A DNA stretch of 64,000 bases, taken from assembly GCA_040767195.1 (NCBI GenBank), contig JAXGPA010000003.1, positions 96,001 to 160,000 on the forward strand. Reading direction: 5' to 3'. The notes beneath the pieces were generated by a model. That model saw only the letters and a list, made by a program, of their open reading frames with translations. It did no database searches and was not told the origin of the DNA. Below are positions 33,234 through 43,238 of the stretch, piece after piece (the first letter of the stretch is position 1; each line of letters starts with the position of its first letter). The position numbers and the translations under genes were made by a program. The DNA is from Syntrophales bacterium. Lineage in GTDB: Bacteria; Desulfobacterota; Syntrophia; Syntrophales; UBA6807.

Positions 33234-34208
33234 ATGAAAGGATCGGAAAAAAGGAAACAGCGGCCAGGGGGTCTGTCCCGGGGGGCAGATTTATCCTTGT
33301 TATTTCTAGCTGTTATCCTTCTTCTCCTGTTTTTTCCATTTCATTCGGTCCCGGCCCAGGACGTTTCACCAGCGGAAAGACAGTTTGCCTTTGCCGAAAG
33401 CCTTTTCGAAGAGAAGGACTATTTCCGGGCCATTACGGAATACAAGAGATTTCTATTTCTTTATCCCGAGGATGAAGGCCGGGTGGAACTTTCACGGTTC
33501 CGAATCGGTGAATGTTACATGAGGGCGGAACGGTGGGAGGAAGCCGTTGCGTCTTTCAATTTTTTTCTCAGACACTATCCGGAAAGCCCCCGGGTGGACG
33601 AGGCGCTCCTCTTCCGCGGCACGGCGGAGAAGAAGCTGAAGCGATTCGATGAAGCCCTGTCCTCTTTTAACGCCGTCGTCGACAGGGATACCCGGAAATA
33701 CCGGGACAGGGGGCTTTATGAAGGGGCCCTGCTTCTCCTGGAGCAGGGGGACTGGCCCCGGGCCCGGGAGCGTTTTCTCGAAGTCAGCGTCGTAAGTCCT
33801 CTTTACAGACCCGCAGGCGTTTACGCCGAAGGACTGGCGAGGGAAGGCGACATTCCCTCTAAATCGCCGGCCGTGGCGGGAACCCTGGCCGCCTTCCTTC
33901 CCGGCGCCGGTCATGTGTATACGGGGCGCCCCAAGGATGGTCTCGTCGCTTTTCTCCTGAACGGCGCGTTTATCTGGGCGGCCATCGAACTGTTCGATGA
34001 CGGAAATGAGGTCGCGGGCGGCGTGGTTACCTTTTTTGAGCTGGGCTGGTACACGGGAAACATCTACAGCGCCGTGAGCAGCGCCCACAAGTACAACCGC
34101 AGAACGAGAGAGGATTTCCTTAAAATTCTCGAGGAAAAAGCCCTCCTGTCAAAGCGTTACGAACATGAAACACATCCTTTGGGCTACGCGCTCGTCATTC
34201 CGTTTTAA
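33234..34208 (+). CDS. TPR protein with C-terminal membrane segment (BamD-like TPRs plus TM2-like region)
   Basis: Signal peptide, AITEYKRF..YP repeats, KSP..A..L...PGAGH.Y. Confidence 0.75.
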   Translation: MKGSEKRKQRPGGLSRGADLSLLFLAVILLLLFFPFHSVPAQDVSPAERQFAFAESLFEEKDYFRAITEYKRFLFLYPEDEGRVELSRFRIGECYMRAERWEEAVASFNFFLRHYPESPRVDEALLFRGTAEKKLKRFDEALSSFNAVVDRDTRKYRDRGLYEGALLLLEQGDWPRARERFLEVSVVSPLYRPAGVYAEGLAREGDIPSKSPAVAGTLAAFLPGAGHVYTGRPKDGLVAFLLNGAFIWAAIELFDDGNEVAGGVVTFFELGWYTGNIYSAVSSAHKYNRRTREDFLKILEEKALLSKRYEHETHPLGYALVIPF

Positions 34209-34641
34209 GTCGATTTTCGTCGCCGCCTGGGTCCTTTGCCTCCTGCTGAACCCACTGCAGGGGATCGCCCGGGCGGAAGGGGGCTTCACGCCCTGGGATT
34301 TCAAGGGCCCGACGGTTTCCGGACAAGAACCTGAAAAGGAAAAAGAACCGGCCGGTTTTTCAGCGAAAATACTCCTTGCGGGGGTATCTTTTTTCACGGA
34401 TCACATCTCCCGCGTCGACGGAGACCGGTGTCCCATGATGCCCACCTGTTCCGCCTACAGTAAGCTGGCTATCCAAAAGCACGGTTTTTTTGTCGGAATC
34501 ATGATGACCGCAGACCGGCTCATACACGAGGCGAACGAGATGGAACAGGCCCCCCTGGTGAGGGTCGGAGACAAAATCCGCTTCTATGACCCCGTGGAAA
34601 ACAACGACTTCTGGTGGACGAGCCCCTCTGCGAAGAAATAA
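34165..34641 (+). CDS. YidD-like membrane protein insertion efficiency factor domain protein
   Basis: IS..DG.RCP..PTCSAY...AI.KHG...G.MMTADRL; N-terminal hydrophobic extension. Confidence 0.75.
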   Translation: MKHILWATRSSFRFKSIFVAAWVLCLLLNPLQGIARAEGGFTPWDFKGPTVSGQEPEKEKEPAGFSAKILLAGVSFFTDHISRVDGDRCPMMPTCSAYSKLAIQKHGFFVGIMMTADRLIHEANEMEQAPLVRVGDKIRFYDPVENNDFWWTSPSAKK

Positions 34642-34756
34642 GAAAATAAACAAGACATATTAGTAGTCTATTCAATATGATATAATATTATGTATAAAGT
34701 ATATTCTAGCTATTTGCGCTCGGGTTTTCAGGGGAACCGGCGACACCTTTCAGGAT

Positions 34757-35692
34757 GTGTCCATCATGTCCGATGACTACTACCGGATTCTCGGCGTGGA
34801 AAAAAACGCCGGCCCGGACGAGATCAAGAAAGCCTACCGGAAACTGGCGCTCCGCTACCATCCCGACAAGAATCCCGGAAACCGGGAAGCGGAAGAAAAG
34901 TTCAAAAAAATTAATGAGGCCTACGCCGTTCTGAGCGATCCGGAAAAACGCGACCAATACAACCGGTTCGGGTCAGAGGCCTTCAGCCGCCGCTTCAGCC
35001 AGCAGGATATCTTCAGAAACTTCGACCTGAACAGGGTCTTCTCGGAAATGGGCCTCGGCGGGTTCGGCCGCCGGTTTTCCACGAGGCGGGGGGCCGGGCA
35101 TGCGGATCCCTTCGGCGACCTTTTTTCCGATTTCATGGGTGGCGGCCCGGGCCACTCCCGGGTGCCTTCCAAGGGGGCGGACCTGACCCATGTCCTCCCC
35201 GTATCACTCGAAGAAGCTTACAGGGGAACAGAGAAGACCGTTCTCGTATCCCGTGGATCGCAACGGGAAGAGATCCGGGTGAAAATCCCAGCCGGCGTGA
35301 CGCCTGGGCAGAAATTGCGGGTGGCCGGCAAGGGGCGGCCCCACCAGGGCGGCGGGCGGTCGGGAGATCTGATCATCCGCGTCGAAATGAAGCCTCACGA
35401 TCTTTTTTCCCGTGTTGAAGATGACGTGTACATCGGTAAGACCATATCCTTTTCCCAGGCCGCCCTGGGTACCGTCGTGCCCGTCGAGACCCTGGAAGGT
35501 GAAACGAAGCGCGTCCGAATCCCCCCGGGCACCCAGGGAAGCACCAAGATCCGAATCAAGGGATACGGCTTCCCAAAGCGTGACAAGTCAGGCCGGGGAG
35601 ACCAGTATATCCGTATTGCCATCGAAATCCCTAAAAAACCAACCCCGGAGCAGGTCGAGCTGATCCGAAAGCTTTCGGAATCCGGATTGTAA
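34757..35692 (+). CDS. DnaJ class-II/CbpA-like co-chaperone (no zinc finger)
   Basis: J domain DYY.ILGV...YHPDKN, G/F-rich linker, C-terminal DnaJ domain. Confidence 0.92.
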   Translation: MSIMSDDYYRILGVEKNAGPDEIKKAYRKLALRYHPDKNPGNREAEEKFKKINEAYAVLSDPEKRDQYNRFGSEAFSRRFSQQDIFRNFDLNRVFSEMGLGGFGRRFSTRRGAGHADPFGDLFSDFMGGGPGHSRVPSKGADLTHVLPVSLEEAYRGTEKTVLVSRGSQREEIRVKIPAGVTPGQKLRVAGKGRPHQGGGRSGDLIIRVEMKPHDLFSRVEDDVYIGKTISFSQAALGTVVPVETLEGETKRVRIPPGTQGSTKIRIKGYGFPKRDKSGRGDQYIRIAIEIPKKPTPEQVELIRKLSESGL

Positions 35693-35741
35693 AACATTCC
35701 GGCAACATGCCTCTTACCCCTCGAAACAGCCTGAAAATATA

Positions 35742-35769
35742 TCGTCTGATAAGATATCTTATGTAAACT
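35742..35769 (+). other. Candidate XerC/XerD dif site
   Basis: 11-6-11 layout TCGTCTGATAA-GATATC-TTATGTAAACT; right arm resembles XerD arm TTATGTTAAAT; intergenic at a gene-orientation convergence. Confidence 0.75.
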
Positions 35770-35959
35770 TTTATTTCGTTTCCAGGGATGTGTTATTTTA
35801 TCTTATCTTAGAAGAGCGCCCCCTCTCCCCCCGAAGACGATCCAATTTTTCGAACCCACATTCTCACAAGTTGTCTTCTTGAAACGGATCTCATTGAAAA
35901 AACATCGGGGAACAAGATGATAGCGTTAATGTTTCATAAGACGGCACGATCTTCCGGTG

Positions 35960-35992
35960 CTTGACTTGGTCCGACCCCGGTTAGAGCCAGCG
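35960..35992 (+). repeat. Isolated TIR plus livF 3'-end fragment; direct repeat of 36301-36343
   Basis: CTTGACTTGGTCCGACCCCGGTTAGAGCCAGCG. Confidence 0.9.
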
Positions 35993-36161
35993 CAGAAGTT
36001 GCTGCAGACGACAATATCTTCCGGCTTCATGGCCGTGTCATGTGGGTCCCCGTCCCCTTTTTTATGAAATGAACGGAGGGATACTATGAGACCTTACAGT
36101 TATAGAAAGGAATCGAAAAAGGAATTTTGGGCCTCTTCCGCTCGTTCAAGAAGCATAGGGA

Positions 36162-36319
36162 GGTCAGACCCTGGCTTAAAGGAGGGTTTAAGGGGTTAAA
36201 AAGGAAAACGACTCTTAAAAGAGGGTTTTGGGGGTCAAAAAAGGCCTTCTAAGGCCAAAAAAGAGCAGAAAAAAGGCGTTATCGTAAAATAAAACAGATA
36301 CTTGACTTGGTCCGACCCC
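36162..36319 (-). mobile_element. Diverged, shortened member of the GGGGTCGGACCAAG TIR element family
   Basis: Exact 14-bp TIR at 36306-36319; internal GCCTTAGAA(C)GGC and TTTAAGCCA shared with other copies; other end GGTCAGACCC. Confidence 0.6.
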
Positions 36320-36331
36320 GGTTAGACCCGG

Positions 36332-37135
36332 TTAGAGCCAGCGTTTGCGGCGCTTGTAGGACTTGACGGTGTCGTAGGATTTCCGTTCGCCGTCGGCCTT
36401 GGTGCCCAGGTAGAACTCGCGGATGTCCGGGTTTTCGCGAAGGTCCTCCGCCCTCCCCTCCATGACGATCTTGCCGTTTTCCATGACATAGCCGAAATGG
36501 GCGATCTGGAGGGCCATCCGGGCGTTCTGCTCCACCAGGATGATGGTCGTTCCCTGCTCCTCGTTGATCCGCCGGATGATGCCGAAGATTTCCTTCACCA
36601 CCAGGGGGGCGAGCCCCAGGGAGGGCTCGTCGAGAAGAAGGAGCGCCGGCCTGGCCATGAGGGCCCGGCCGATGACCATCATCTGGAGTTCGCCGCCGCT
36701 GCAGTAACCGGCCAGGGCCTTCCGCCGCTTCACCAGGGCGGGAAAATAATCGTAGATCATGTCGAGGGTCTCGGCGCCCGGCTTTTTTCGGAGGGCCGCC
36801 GTCCCGACCCGGAGGTTTTCCTCCACCGTCAGGTACTTGAAGGGCTGCCGGCCTTCCAGGACCTGGATGATCCCCTTCCGGGTGATGTCCTCCGGCATGG
36901 CGTTGGCGATGTTCACACCCTCGAAATGTATGGTGCCGTCGGTCACCTTCCCGTTTTCCGGCTTCAGAAGCCCCGAGACGGCCTTCAGGGTCGTTGTCTT
37001 GCCCGACCCGTTGCTCCCCAGGAGGGAAACGATCCGGTTTTTCTCGACGGACAGGGAAACCCCCTTCAGCACCTGGACCACGTCGGAGTAGACGACGCTG
37101 ATGTTGTTCACTTTGAGGAGAACCTGGTCGTTCAT
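36332..37135 (-). CDS. livF: ABC ATPase, LivF-like
   Basis: GSNGSGKTT, SGGE.QM, DEPSLGLAP, VEQN. Confidence 0.85.
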   Translation of the reverse strand: MNDQVLLKVNNISVVYSDVVQVLKGVSLSVEKNRIVSLLGSNGSGKTTTLKAVSGLLKPENGKVTDGTIHFEGVNIANAMPEDITRKGIIQVLEGRQPFKYLTVEENLRVGTAALRKKPGAETLDMIYDYFPALVKRRKALAGYCSGGELQMMVIGRALMARPALLLLDEPSLGLAPLVVKEIFGIIRRINEEQGTTIILVEQNARMALQIAHFGYVMENGKIVMEGRAEDLRENPDIREFYLGTKADGERKSYDTVKSYKRRKRWL

Positions 37136-37145
37136 GGAAGAAACC

Positions 37146-38216
37146 TCAATAGGAGAAAGGCCACAGCCGGAAACTGGACCGGATCACCCGCCAGACCTCG
37201 GCGAGACCCTTGGGCTCGAAAAGGATGAAAAGGACGATGGCGAGCCCGAAGACGAACTGGCGAAGGGCCGCCGGGTTGAGATCCAGGCCCTGGAGGGCCG
37301 GAAGATTGGTCAGAATGTCCGAGAGGGACCGTAGGATTTCGTTCAGGCCGGAGATGAAGACAGCCCCGAAAATCGAACCGGTAACGCTTCCCAGCCCGCC
37401 GATGATCACCATGGCGATGTATTCGATGGAAAGATCGAGGTTGAACGGTTCGGGGGTGATGCTCATGGTGTAGTAGGCCCACAGGGCCCCGGCGATGCCG
37501 GCATAGAAGGAGCTGATACCGAAAGCGAGAAGCTTGTAGGGAAAGATGGGGATCCCCATCCCCTCGGCGGCCCGGTCGTTATCGCGGATCGCCATGAAGG
37601 CCCGGCCGGAACGGGTCCGGAAAAGATTTTTCGCCATCCACGTCATGAGGACGACGAGACCGAAAATAAGGAAGAAAAAGGCCCGGTCTCCCGATATGGA
37701 AAGACCGAAAAGGGACGGCTCGGGAAGGACGATTCCCTGGGTGCCCTGGGTGAGCCCCTCCCACTGGATGAGAACGTATTCGATGATGAATTGGCCCGCC
37801 AGGGTGGCGATGGCCAGGTAAAGCCCCTTCAGGCGGACCGACGGGACCCCGAAAATCATTCCCACGGCAGCGGTAAGGATGCCCGCCATGGGAAGAGAAA
37901 CGAAGAGGGGAAGATTCCAGGAGGTGGCCAGGATGGCCGCCCCGTAGGCCCCGACGCCGATGAAGGCTCCGTGGCCCAGGGAAATCTGGCCCGTAAACCC
38001 GATGAGAATATTCAGTCCCAGAGCCCCGATGGCGGTGATCCCGGTGAGGTTGATCACGTAAAGAAGGTAGGGGGAAGACACGAAGGGCACGACAAGAAAA
38101 AGAAGAGCGAAGCCGCAGAGCATGGCCGCCCGGCCGAAGTCGGTTTCGAAGATCCGTAGCTCTTCCCCGTAAGATTCCCGGTAATTGCCGCAGGGATGAA
38201 ACCGCAACCGTCTCAT
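37146..38216 (-). CDS. livM: ABC permease, LivM-like
   Basis: G.TGQISLGHGAF, RLKGLYLAIATLA, GRAF.AIRD. Confidence 0.85.
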   Translation of the reverse strand: MRRLRFHPCGNYRESYGEELRIFETDFGRAAMLCGFALLFLVVPFVSSPYLLYVINLTGITAIGALGLNILIGFTGQISLGHGAFIGVGAYGAAILATSWNLPLFVSLPMAGILTAAVGMIFGVPSVRLKGLYLAIATLAGQFIIEYVLIQWEGLTQGTQGIVLPEPSLFGLSISGDRAFFFLIFGLVVLMTWMAKNLFRTRSGRAFMAIRDNDRAAEGMGIPIFPYKLLAFGISSFYAGIAGALWAYYTMSITPEPFNLDLSIEYIAMVIIGGLGSVTGSIFGAVFISGLNEILRSLSDILTNLPALQGLDLNPAALRQFVFGLAIVLFILFEPKGLAEVWRVIRSSFRLWPFSY

Positions 38217-38220
38217 GGGC

Positions 38221-39105
38221 TCACACCCTTTCAATTTCGACGAGGCCGAAGAGCCCGTAAGGCCTGACCAGAAGGATGAAAACGAGAACGCCGTACGGGA
38301 CGACATCTTTCAGGGATGGCGAAAGATACCCCCCCGTAAAGGCCTCCAGAAGGCCGATGATGAGGCCGCCCAGGATGGCCCCGCCGATACTTTCAAGGCC
38401 CCCTAAAATCACGACGGGAAAGACCTTGAGGCCGATGGAGGCGAGATCGTGAACGTTGATCCCGTTGATGATTCCCAGGACGACACCGCTCATGGCCGCC
38501 ACCAGGGCGGCGATGGCCCAGGACAGGGCGAAGACCCGGCGGACATTGACGCCCAGGGAGAGGGCCGCCGGCTGGTTGTCCGCCACGGACCGCATGTAGA
38601 TCCCCTGGGAGGAATACTTGAAAAAGAGCCCGAAAAGAACGAGAAAGACGAGGCCGACGGCGGTGGACAGGATGTACACGGGGGGAATGGTGATCCCCGC
38701 CCACTGAAGGGACAGCCAGGACGGAAGAAATTCCGGAAACATGTAGAGGTTGCCGCCGAAGATGAAGAGCATGATCCCCTTGAACATGGCCGCCAGCCCC
38801 ACGGTGAGCATGATGACGAAGATGAGGGATTCCCCGATGAGGGGCCGGAGGAAGACCCTCTCGATGACGAACCCCAGGGCGAAACTGCCCGCGAGGGTCA
38901 GGGGGAAGGCCAGGAGGACGGGGACTTTCGCCCAGGACACGAGGGTCAGAAAAAGGAAGGCGCCGATGGCCACCAGTTCGCCGTGGGCGAAATTCAGGAC
39001 GCTGGAGGACTTGAAGATCATGACAAACCCAAGGGCCGCCAGGCCGTACAGGAAACCGATGCTGATGCCGCTGATGAGAAGCTGAAGAAAGAATTCCATG
39101 GTCAT
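38221..39105 (-). CDS. livH: ABC permease, LivH-like
   Basis: LNFAHGE, ILGGL.S..GA..GG, RPYGLFG. Confidence 0.85.
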   Translation of the reverse strand: MTMEFFLQLLISGISIGFLYGLAALGFVMIFKSSSVLNFAHGELVAIGAFLFLTLVSWAKVPVLLAFPLTLAGSFALGFVIERVFLRPLIGESLIFVIMLTVGLAAMFKGIMLFIFGGNLYMFPEFLPSWLSLQWAGITIPPVYILSTAVGLVFLVLFGLFFKYSSQGIYMRSVADNQPAALSLGVNVRRVFALSWAIAALVAAMSGVVLGIINGINVHDLASIGLKVFPVVILGGLESIGGAILGGLIIGLLEAFTGGYLSPSLKDVVPYGVLVFILLVRPYGLFGLVEIERV

Positions 39106-41060
39106 TCCTCCACATCGTGGATCCGGACGGTCGTCTCGATGACCCCTGTCCGGCCGTCGCGGTAGCGGACCTTGCCCTTGACGGCGATTTCCCGCTTTCC
39201 GGCGTACATGGCCTCGATGATGTCGACGTAAAGCCCGTAGACAAACCGCCTCCTCACCTTCCCCGTTCGTGTCAGTTCCTCGTCGTCGGCGTCGAGGAGC
39301 TTATAGAGAAGGACGAGTTTCCGGATCTTCATGGGACCCGGGAGTTCCCGGTTCACCCGGCGGACCTCCCCGAGTATGAGCGTTTCAACTTCCTCCTGCT
39401 GGGACAGGTCCGTGTAGGTCGTGTAGGGGATCATCCGGTCCTCCGCCCAGTTACCCACGTTGCCCATGTCGATGTTGATGAAGGCGGTGAGATAAGGCCG
39501 GCCCTCGCCGAAGATGACCGCCTCCTGGATGTAGGGGCTGAACTTGAGGCGGGTCTCGATGAAATCGGGGGAAAAGACATTTCCCGCTTTGTCCCGGATG
39601 ACCTCCGCCTTTCTCCCGATAATGACCAGGTGTCCGTCCTCGTTGAGGACACCGGCATCCCCGGTCCGGAGCCAGCCGTTTGAAAAGGCCTCTTCCGTCG
39701 CCTGATAATCCCTCAAGTATCCCTTGAAGACTGTCTCACTTTTTACAAGAACTTCGCTATCTTCCGATATCATGACCTCACTTCCCGGAAGGCTCAGGCC
39801 CACCGTGTCGAGTTTCGGCGAGTGGTCCGGCTGGGCCTGGAAAATCCCCCCCGACTCGGTGAGCCCGTAGCACTGCTTCAGGTTGAGGCCCATGGCGCGG
39901 AAGAAAAAGATGACATCGGGGCTGATGGGGTGACCCCCGGTATAGGCGCTCTGGATCCGTGAACATCCCACCCGGTCGAGGAGCGGCCGGAAAACGGTCT
40001 TGTCCGCCAGAAACAGGGGAAGGCTCCAGGAACGGGGTACCCTCCCCTCTTCCATCCGGACCTTCTCCACCCGCCGTCCCGTCCGTTCCGCCCAGTGGAA
40101 GGCTTTTTTCTTGAGCCACCCCGCGTCGGCCATGCGGACCCGGATCCGGGAGGCCAGATCCTCCCAGAACCGGGAGGAGGTGATCATCACCGACGGGCCG
40201 ATTTCCCGGAGATCCTCGGGGATGGTTTCCGCCGTTTCGGGGAAGTTCATGGTGAACCCGCCGACGAGGGAGACCCCCAGGCCCCACATCTGGTCGACGA
40301 TCCAGGCCGGCGGCGACAACGACACCCAGTCGATGTTTTCCGAGGGGGGGAGGGTGTCGAGCCACTGGAGGCCCATGTGGACGAAGTTCCCATGGGAGAG
40401 CATGGCGAGCTTGGACAGGCCCGTGGTGCCCGAGGTGAGCATCATGACGGCGATGTCGTCCTGCCGGCCCCGCATCACCTCTTTTTCAAAGACCCCGGGA
40501 TGGCTTTCCCCATACTGTTCCCCCAGGGACAGAAGGTCCCGGAAACTGATGAGCCAGGGATCGTCCCGGTAGCCGTCCATGCCCGTGGGGTCCACGTAGA
40601 TTACTTTCTGGACCAGGGGAATCCTGTCCCGGACCTCCAGGAGCTTGTCCACCTGTTCCTGGTCCTGGACGAATACATGGGAGGCCTGGATGCGCTGCAG
40701 GGTCTGGGAGAGTTCCGTCGCCACGGCGGAGGTGAAGAGGTTGACCGTCACACCGCCCAGGGCCTGGACGGCCAGTTCCGAGAAGAGCCACTCGGGGCCG
40801 TTGTCCACGATGAGCCCCGCCGTGTCCTTTCTCCGGAAGCCCAGGGATTTGAGTCCCAGGGCGACTTTTTCGACATAATCCCGGTAGCTTTTCCAGTCAA
40901 CGGCCTGCCAGACACCCCAGGCCTTCTCCCGGATCGCCGGCGGCCCTCCCCTTCCGAGGGCTTCGGCCTGCTTGAGAAGAATCTGGGGAAGGGTGCAGTT
41001 CCTGAGAAAAGACGCCGTTTCTTCGTTCGTTCTGCTTTCTCTGTGAAACAGCCTTCCCAT
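39102..41060 (-). CDS. AMP-dependent acyl-CoA synthetase (long-chain-FACS-like) inside the ABC operon
   Basis: TSGTTGLSK P-loop, YGLTE, GWLRTGD, ELTRTGK; start MGRLFH at 41060. Confidence 0.9.
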   Translation of the reverse strand: MGRLFHRESRTNEETASFLRNCTLPQILLKQAEALGRGGPPAIREKAWGVWQAVDWKSYRDYVEKVALGLKSLGFRRKDTAGLIVDNGPEWLFSELAVQALGGVTVNLFTSAVATELSQTLQRIQASHVFVQDQEQVDKLLEVRDRIPLVQKVIYVDPTGMDGYRDDPWLISFRDLLSLGEQYGESHPGVFEKEVMRGRQDDIAVMMLTSGTTGLSKLAMLSHGNFVHMGLQWLDTLPPSENIDWVSLSPPAWIVDQMWGLGVSLVGGFTMNFPETAETIPEDLREIGPSVMITSSRFWEDLASRIRVRMADAGWLKKKAFHWAERTGRRVEKVRMEEGRVPRSWSLPLFLADKTVFRPLLDRVGCSRIQSAYTGGHPISPDVIFFFRAMGLNLKQCYGLTESGGIFQAQPDHSPKLDTVGLSLPGSEVMISEDSEVLVKSETVFKGYLRDYQATEEAFSNGWLRTGDAGVLNEDGHLVIIGRKAEVIRDKAGNVFSPDFIETRLKFSPYIQEAVIFGEGRPYLTAFINIDMGNVGNWAEDRMIPYTTYTDLSQQEEVETLILGEVRRVNRELPGPMKIRKLVLLYKLLDADDEELTRTGKVRRRFVYGLYVDIIEAMYAGKREIAVKGKVRYRDGRTGVIETTVRIHDVEE

Positions 41061-41062
41061 GT

Positions 41063-41890
41063 TCAGGCCTCCTCCGCCGGCCCCAGGTAGGCCCGGGTCA
41101 CCTCGGGGTTGCCCTGGATCTCCGCCGGGGTCCCCTCGGCGAGCTTTTCCCCGAAATTGAGAACGGCGATCCGCTCGGAAAGGCTCATGACGATGGACAT
41201 GTCGTGTTCCACGAGAACGATGGTCCTCTTCCACACCCCGTGAAGCTCCCGGAGAAACCGAACCATGTCCTCCTTCTCTTCCAGGTTCATCCCCGCAAAG
41301 GGTTCATCCAGGATCAGGAGCTTCGGTTCCAGGGCGAGGGCCCGGCCCAGTTCCACCCGTTTCCGGAGGCCGTAGGGCAGCGATCCTACGAGACGGTGCC
41401 GGATGGACTGCATTTCGAGAAAATCGATGATCTCCTCCACGATCCGCCGGTGGCGCACTTCTTCCCTCCGAACCGACGGAAGGAAGAAGGCGGCGGACAG
41501 GAAATTGTACCCGTAGTGGATGTGCCGGGCCAGGAGAAGATTGGAAAGGACGGACAGGCCCGGGAAAAGCTCGATGTTCTGAAAGGTTCTTCCGATACCC
41601 ACCCGGACGAGTTCATGAGGCGGGTGCCGGGTGACGTTTTTCCCGTTGAAGGAAATGATGCCCTCCTGGGGCCGGTAATAACCGGTGACGCAGTTGAGGA
41701 GGCTTGTCTTGCCCGCCCCGTTGGGACCGATGACGGAGAGGAACTCCCCGGTGCGTACATCGAGGGTCACGTCGTGAACCGCCACGACGCCGCCGAACCG
41801 CAGGGTGAGCCCCTCGATCCGCAGGTCCGCCCGGTCCCGGTCCCGGGAGGTCAATCGGAAGATTTCCGGATCGGCCCGGAACGCTTTCAT
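41063..41890 (-). CDS. livG: ABC ATPase, LivG-like
   Basis: GPNGAGKT, RTFQN, LPYG..KRVE..RAL, DEP.AG, VEHDM. Confidence 0.85.
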   Translation of the reverse strand: MKAFRADPEIFRLTSRDRDRADLRIEGLTLRFGGVVAVHDVTLDVRTGEFLSVIGPNGAGKTSLLNCVTGYYRPQEGIISFNGKNVTRHPPHELVRVGIGRTFQNIELFPGLSVLSNLLLARHIHYGYNFLSAAFFLPSVRREEVRHRRIVEEIIDFLEMQSIRHRLVGSLPYGLRKRVELGRALALEPKLLILDEPFAGMNLEEKEDMVRFLRELHGVWKRTIVLVEHDMSIVMSLSERIAVLNFGEKLAEGTPAEIQGNPEVTRAYLGPAEEA

Positions 41891-43116
41891 TATTTTCCTG
41901 CCTCCTGGAGGAGAACGATCGGTTCCTTCCCGGGTGTGAAGAAATTGGAGAGGGGAACGAACCGGCCGTCTTCGTGGACCCGGACAATCCGGGCCTTGAA
42001 GGAGCCCTCATGGTTATCCTTCGAGTAGGATACGTCGGGAACCAGGCCGCCCATGGACTCGCCCCGGAAAGATTCCAGGGCCTCGTTGATGGTCTCTCTC
42101 GTGACCTTTCCGGAGCGCTCCGCCGCTCTTTGGACGGCTCTTTCCATGATCATGGCGACAGCCACACCCTCCCAGTAGGAAGCATCGAAGGATTCTATGG
42201 TCTTGTAACGCTTCACGAGTTCTTCAAACACCTTGATCCCCGGGGTCCCGTCGGAGGGAAGCCCGCCGGGGAACTGGATGACGAGGCGGTCACCCAGAAG
42301 CCCCTGCCCCATCCTGAAGAAATCGGGGTCCGTGGACGTCCAGGTGCCCAGGAACTGGGGCCGGTACTCGATCCGGTCGGCGCTCTTGAGGGTGGTGATA
42401 ATCGCCGCCGGCAGCATCTGGAGAACCACGTAGTCGGCGCCGCTTTTCTTGAGCCTCAGAAGTTCCGTGGTGAGGTCCACCGTCTTGGCGGGAAACTCCT
42501 CGACGGCCACGATGTCGATCCCGATCTTTTCCGCGTATTCCCGGCTCGGTTTGTGGATGGACCGCCCGTAGGCGTTGTTGTACGTCAGGAGCCCCACCCT
42601 GGCCGGTTCTTTTCCCTGGTGCACCGCCTTGATGTAGTCGAAGATGGCGTAACAGTCAAGCTTGTAGCTCCCGAAGGGCAGATAGATGTAATCGACAGGC
42701 GGTTCGAGAATCTCCCAGCCCGTGGAGAAATTGATCGTGGGAATGCCGTACCGTTGAAGGATCGGCTTCGCCGCCAGGCCTTCGCCGGTGCTCCATGTGG
42801 CCATCATGTCCACGTTTTCCTGGGTGGCGAACTTTCGAACCGCCGCCAGGGCCTCGGGCACCTTGTAGGCCGTATCCACGAGGATCCAGTCGATTCGGCG
42901 GCCCGCGACGCCCCCTTTTACCTCGTTGACATAGGTGAGATAGTCCTGGAATCCCTTGGCGTGATACTGGCCGAAGGTGGAGGCCGGGCCGGTGAGATTG
43001 ATCGCCGCCCCGATCTTCACGGGTTTGGCCTCCTCCGCCCCGGCGGCGACCGCCGACGCGACCAGGAGAATGAGGGAAAGAAGCACGACTCTTTTCATGA
43101 CGTTCCATCCTTTCAT
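41890..43116 (-). CDS. ABC substrate-binding protein (LivJ/K, PBP1 fold)
   Basis: Signal peptide, KIGA..NLTGP, GGV.GR.I, DT.YK. Confidence 0.88.
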   Translation of the reverse strand: MKGWNVMKRVVLLSLILLVASAVAAGAEEAKPVKIGAAINLTGPASTFGQYHAKGFQDYLTYVNEVKGGVAGRRIDWILVDTAYKVPEALAAVRKFATQENVDMMATWSTGEGLAAKPILQRYGIPTINFSTGWEILEPPVDYIYLPFGSYKLDCYAIFDYIKAVHQGKEPARVGLLTYNNAYGRSIHKPSREYAEKIGIDIVAVEEFPAKTVDLTTELLRLKKSGADYVVLQMLPAAIITTLKSADRIEYRPQFLGTWTSTDPDFFRMGQGLLGDRLVIQFPGGLPSDGTPGIKVFEELVKRYKTIESFDASYWEGVAVAMIMERAVQRAAERSGKVTRETINEALESFRGESMGGLVPDVSYSKDNHEGSFKARIVRVHEDGRFVPLSNFFTPGKEPIVLLQEAGK

Positions 43117-43137
43117 GACTGTCCTCCTTCGTTGATG

Positions 43138-43167
43138 AAAAAAGCCGTGGGGCTGGCCACGGCTTTT
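43138..43167 (-). terminator. Second (distal) leader terminator of the ABC operon
   Basis: Minus strand AAAAGCCGTGG-CCAGCC-CCACGGCTTTT followed by TT. Confidence 0.75.
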
Positions 43168-43208
43168 AAAAATAAAAACCGCGGGCGGCTTGGGGTCCGC
43201 CCGCGGCT
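43168..43208 (-). terminator. Attenuator terminator in the ABC operon leader
   Basis: Minus strand AGCCGCGGGCGG-ACCCCAAG-CCGCCCGCGGTT followed by TTTATTTTT. Confidence 0.8.
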
Positions 43209-43238
43209 CTCGATTCCTTTTACGGGACTACGAGCCTG

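Noticed and set aside
34642..34710. AT-rich stretch before the DnaJ-like gene as a second dif or a CIRCE/HAIR operator
   Set aside because: No 11-6-11 layout and no match to CIRCE or HAIR; probably just promoter DNA.
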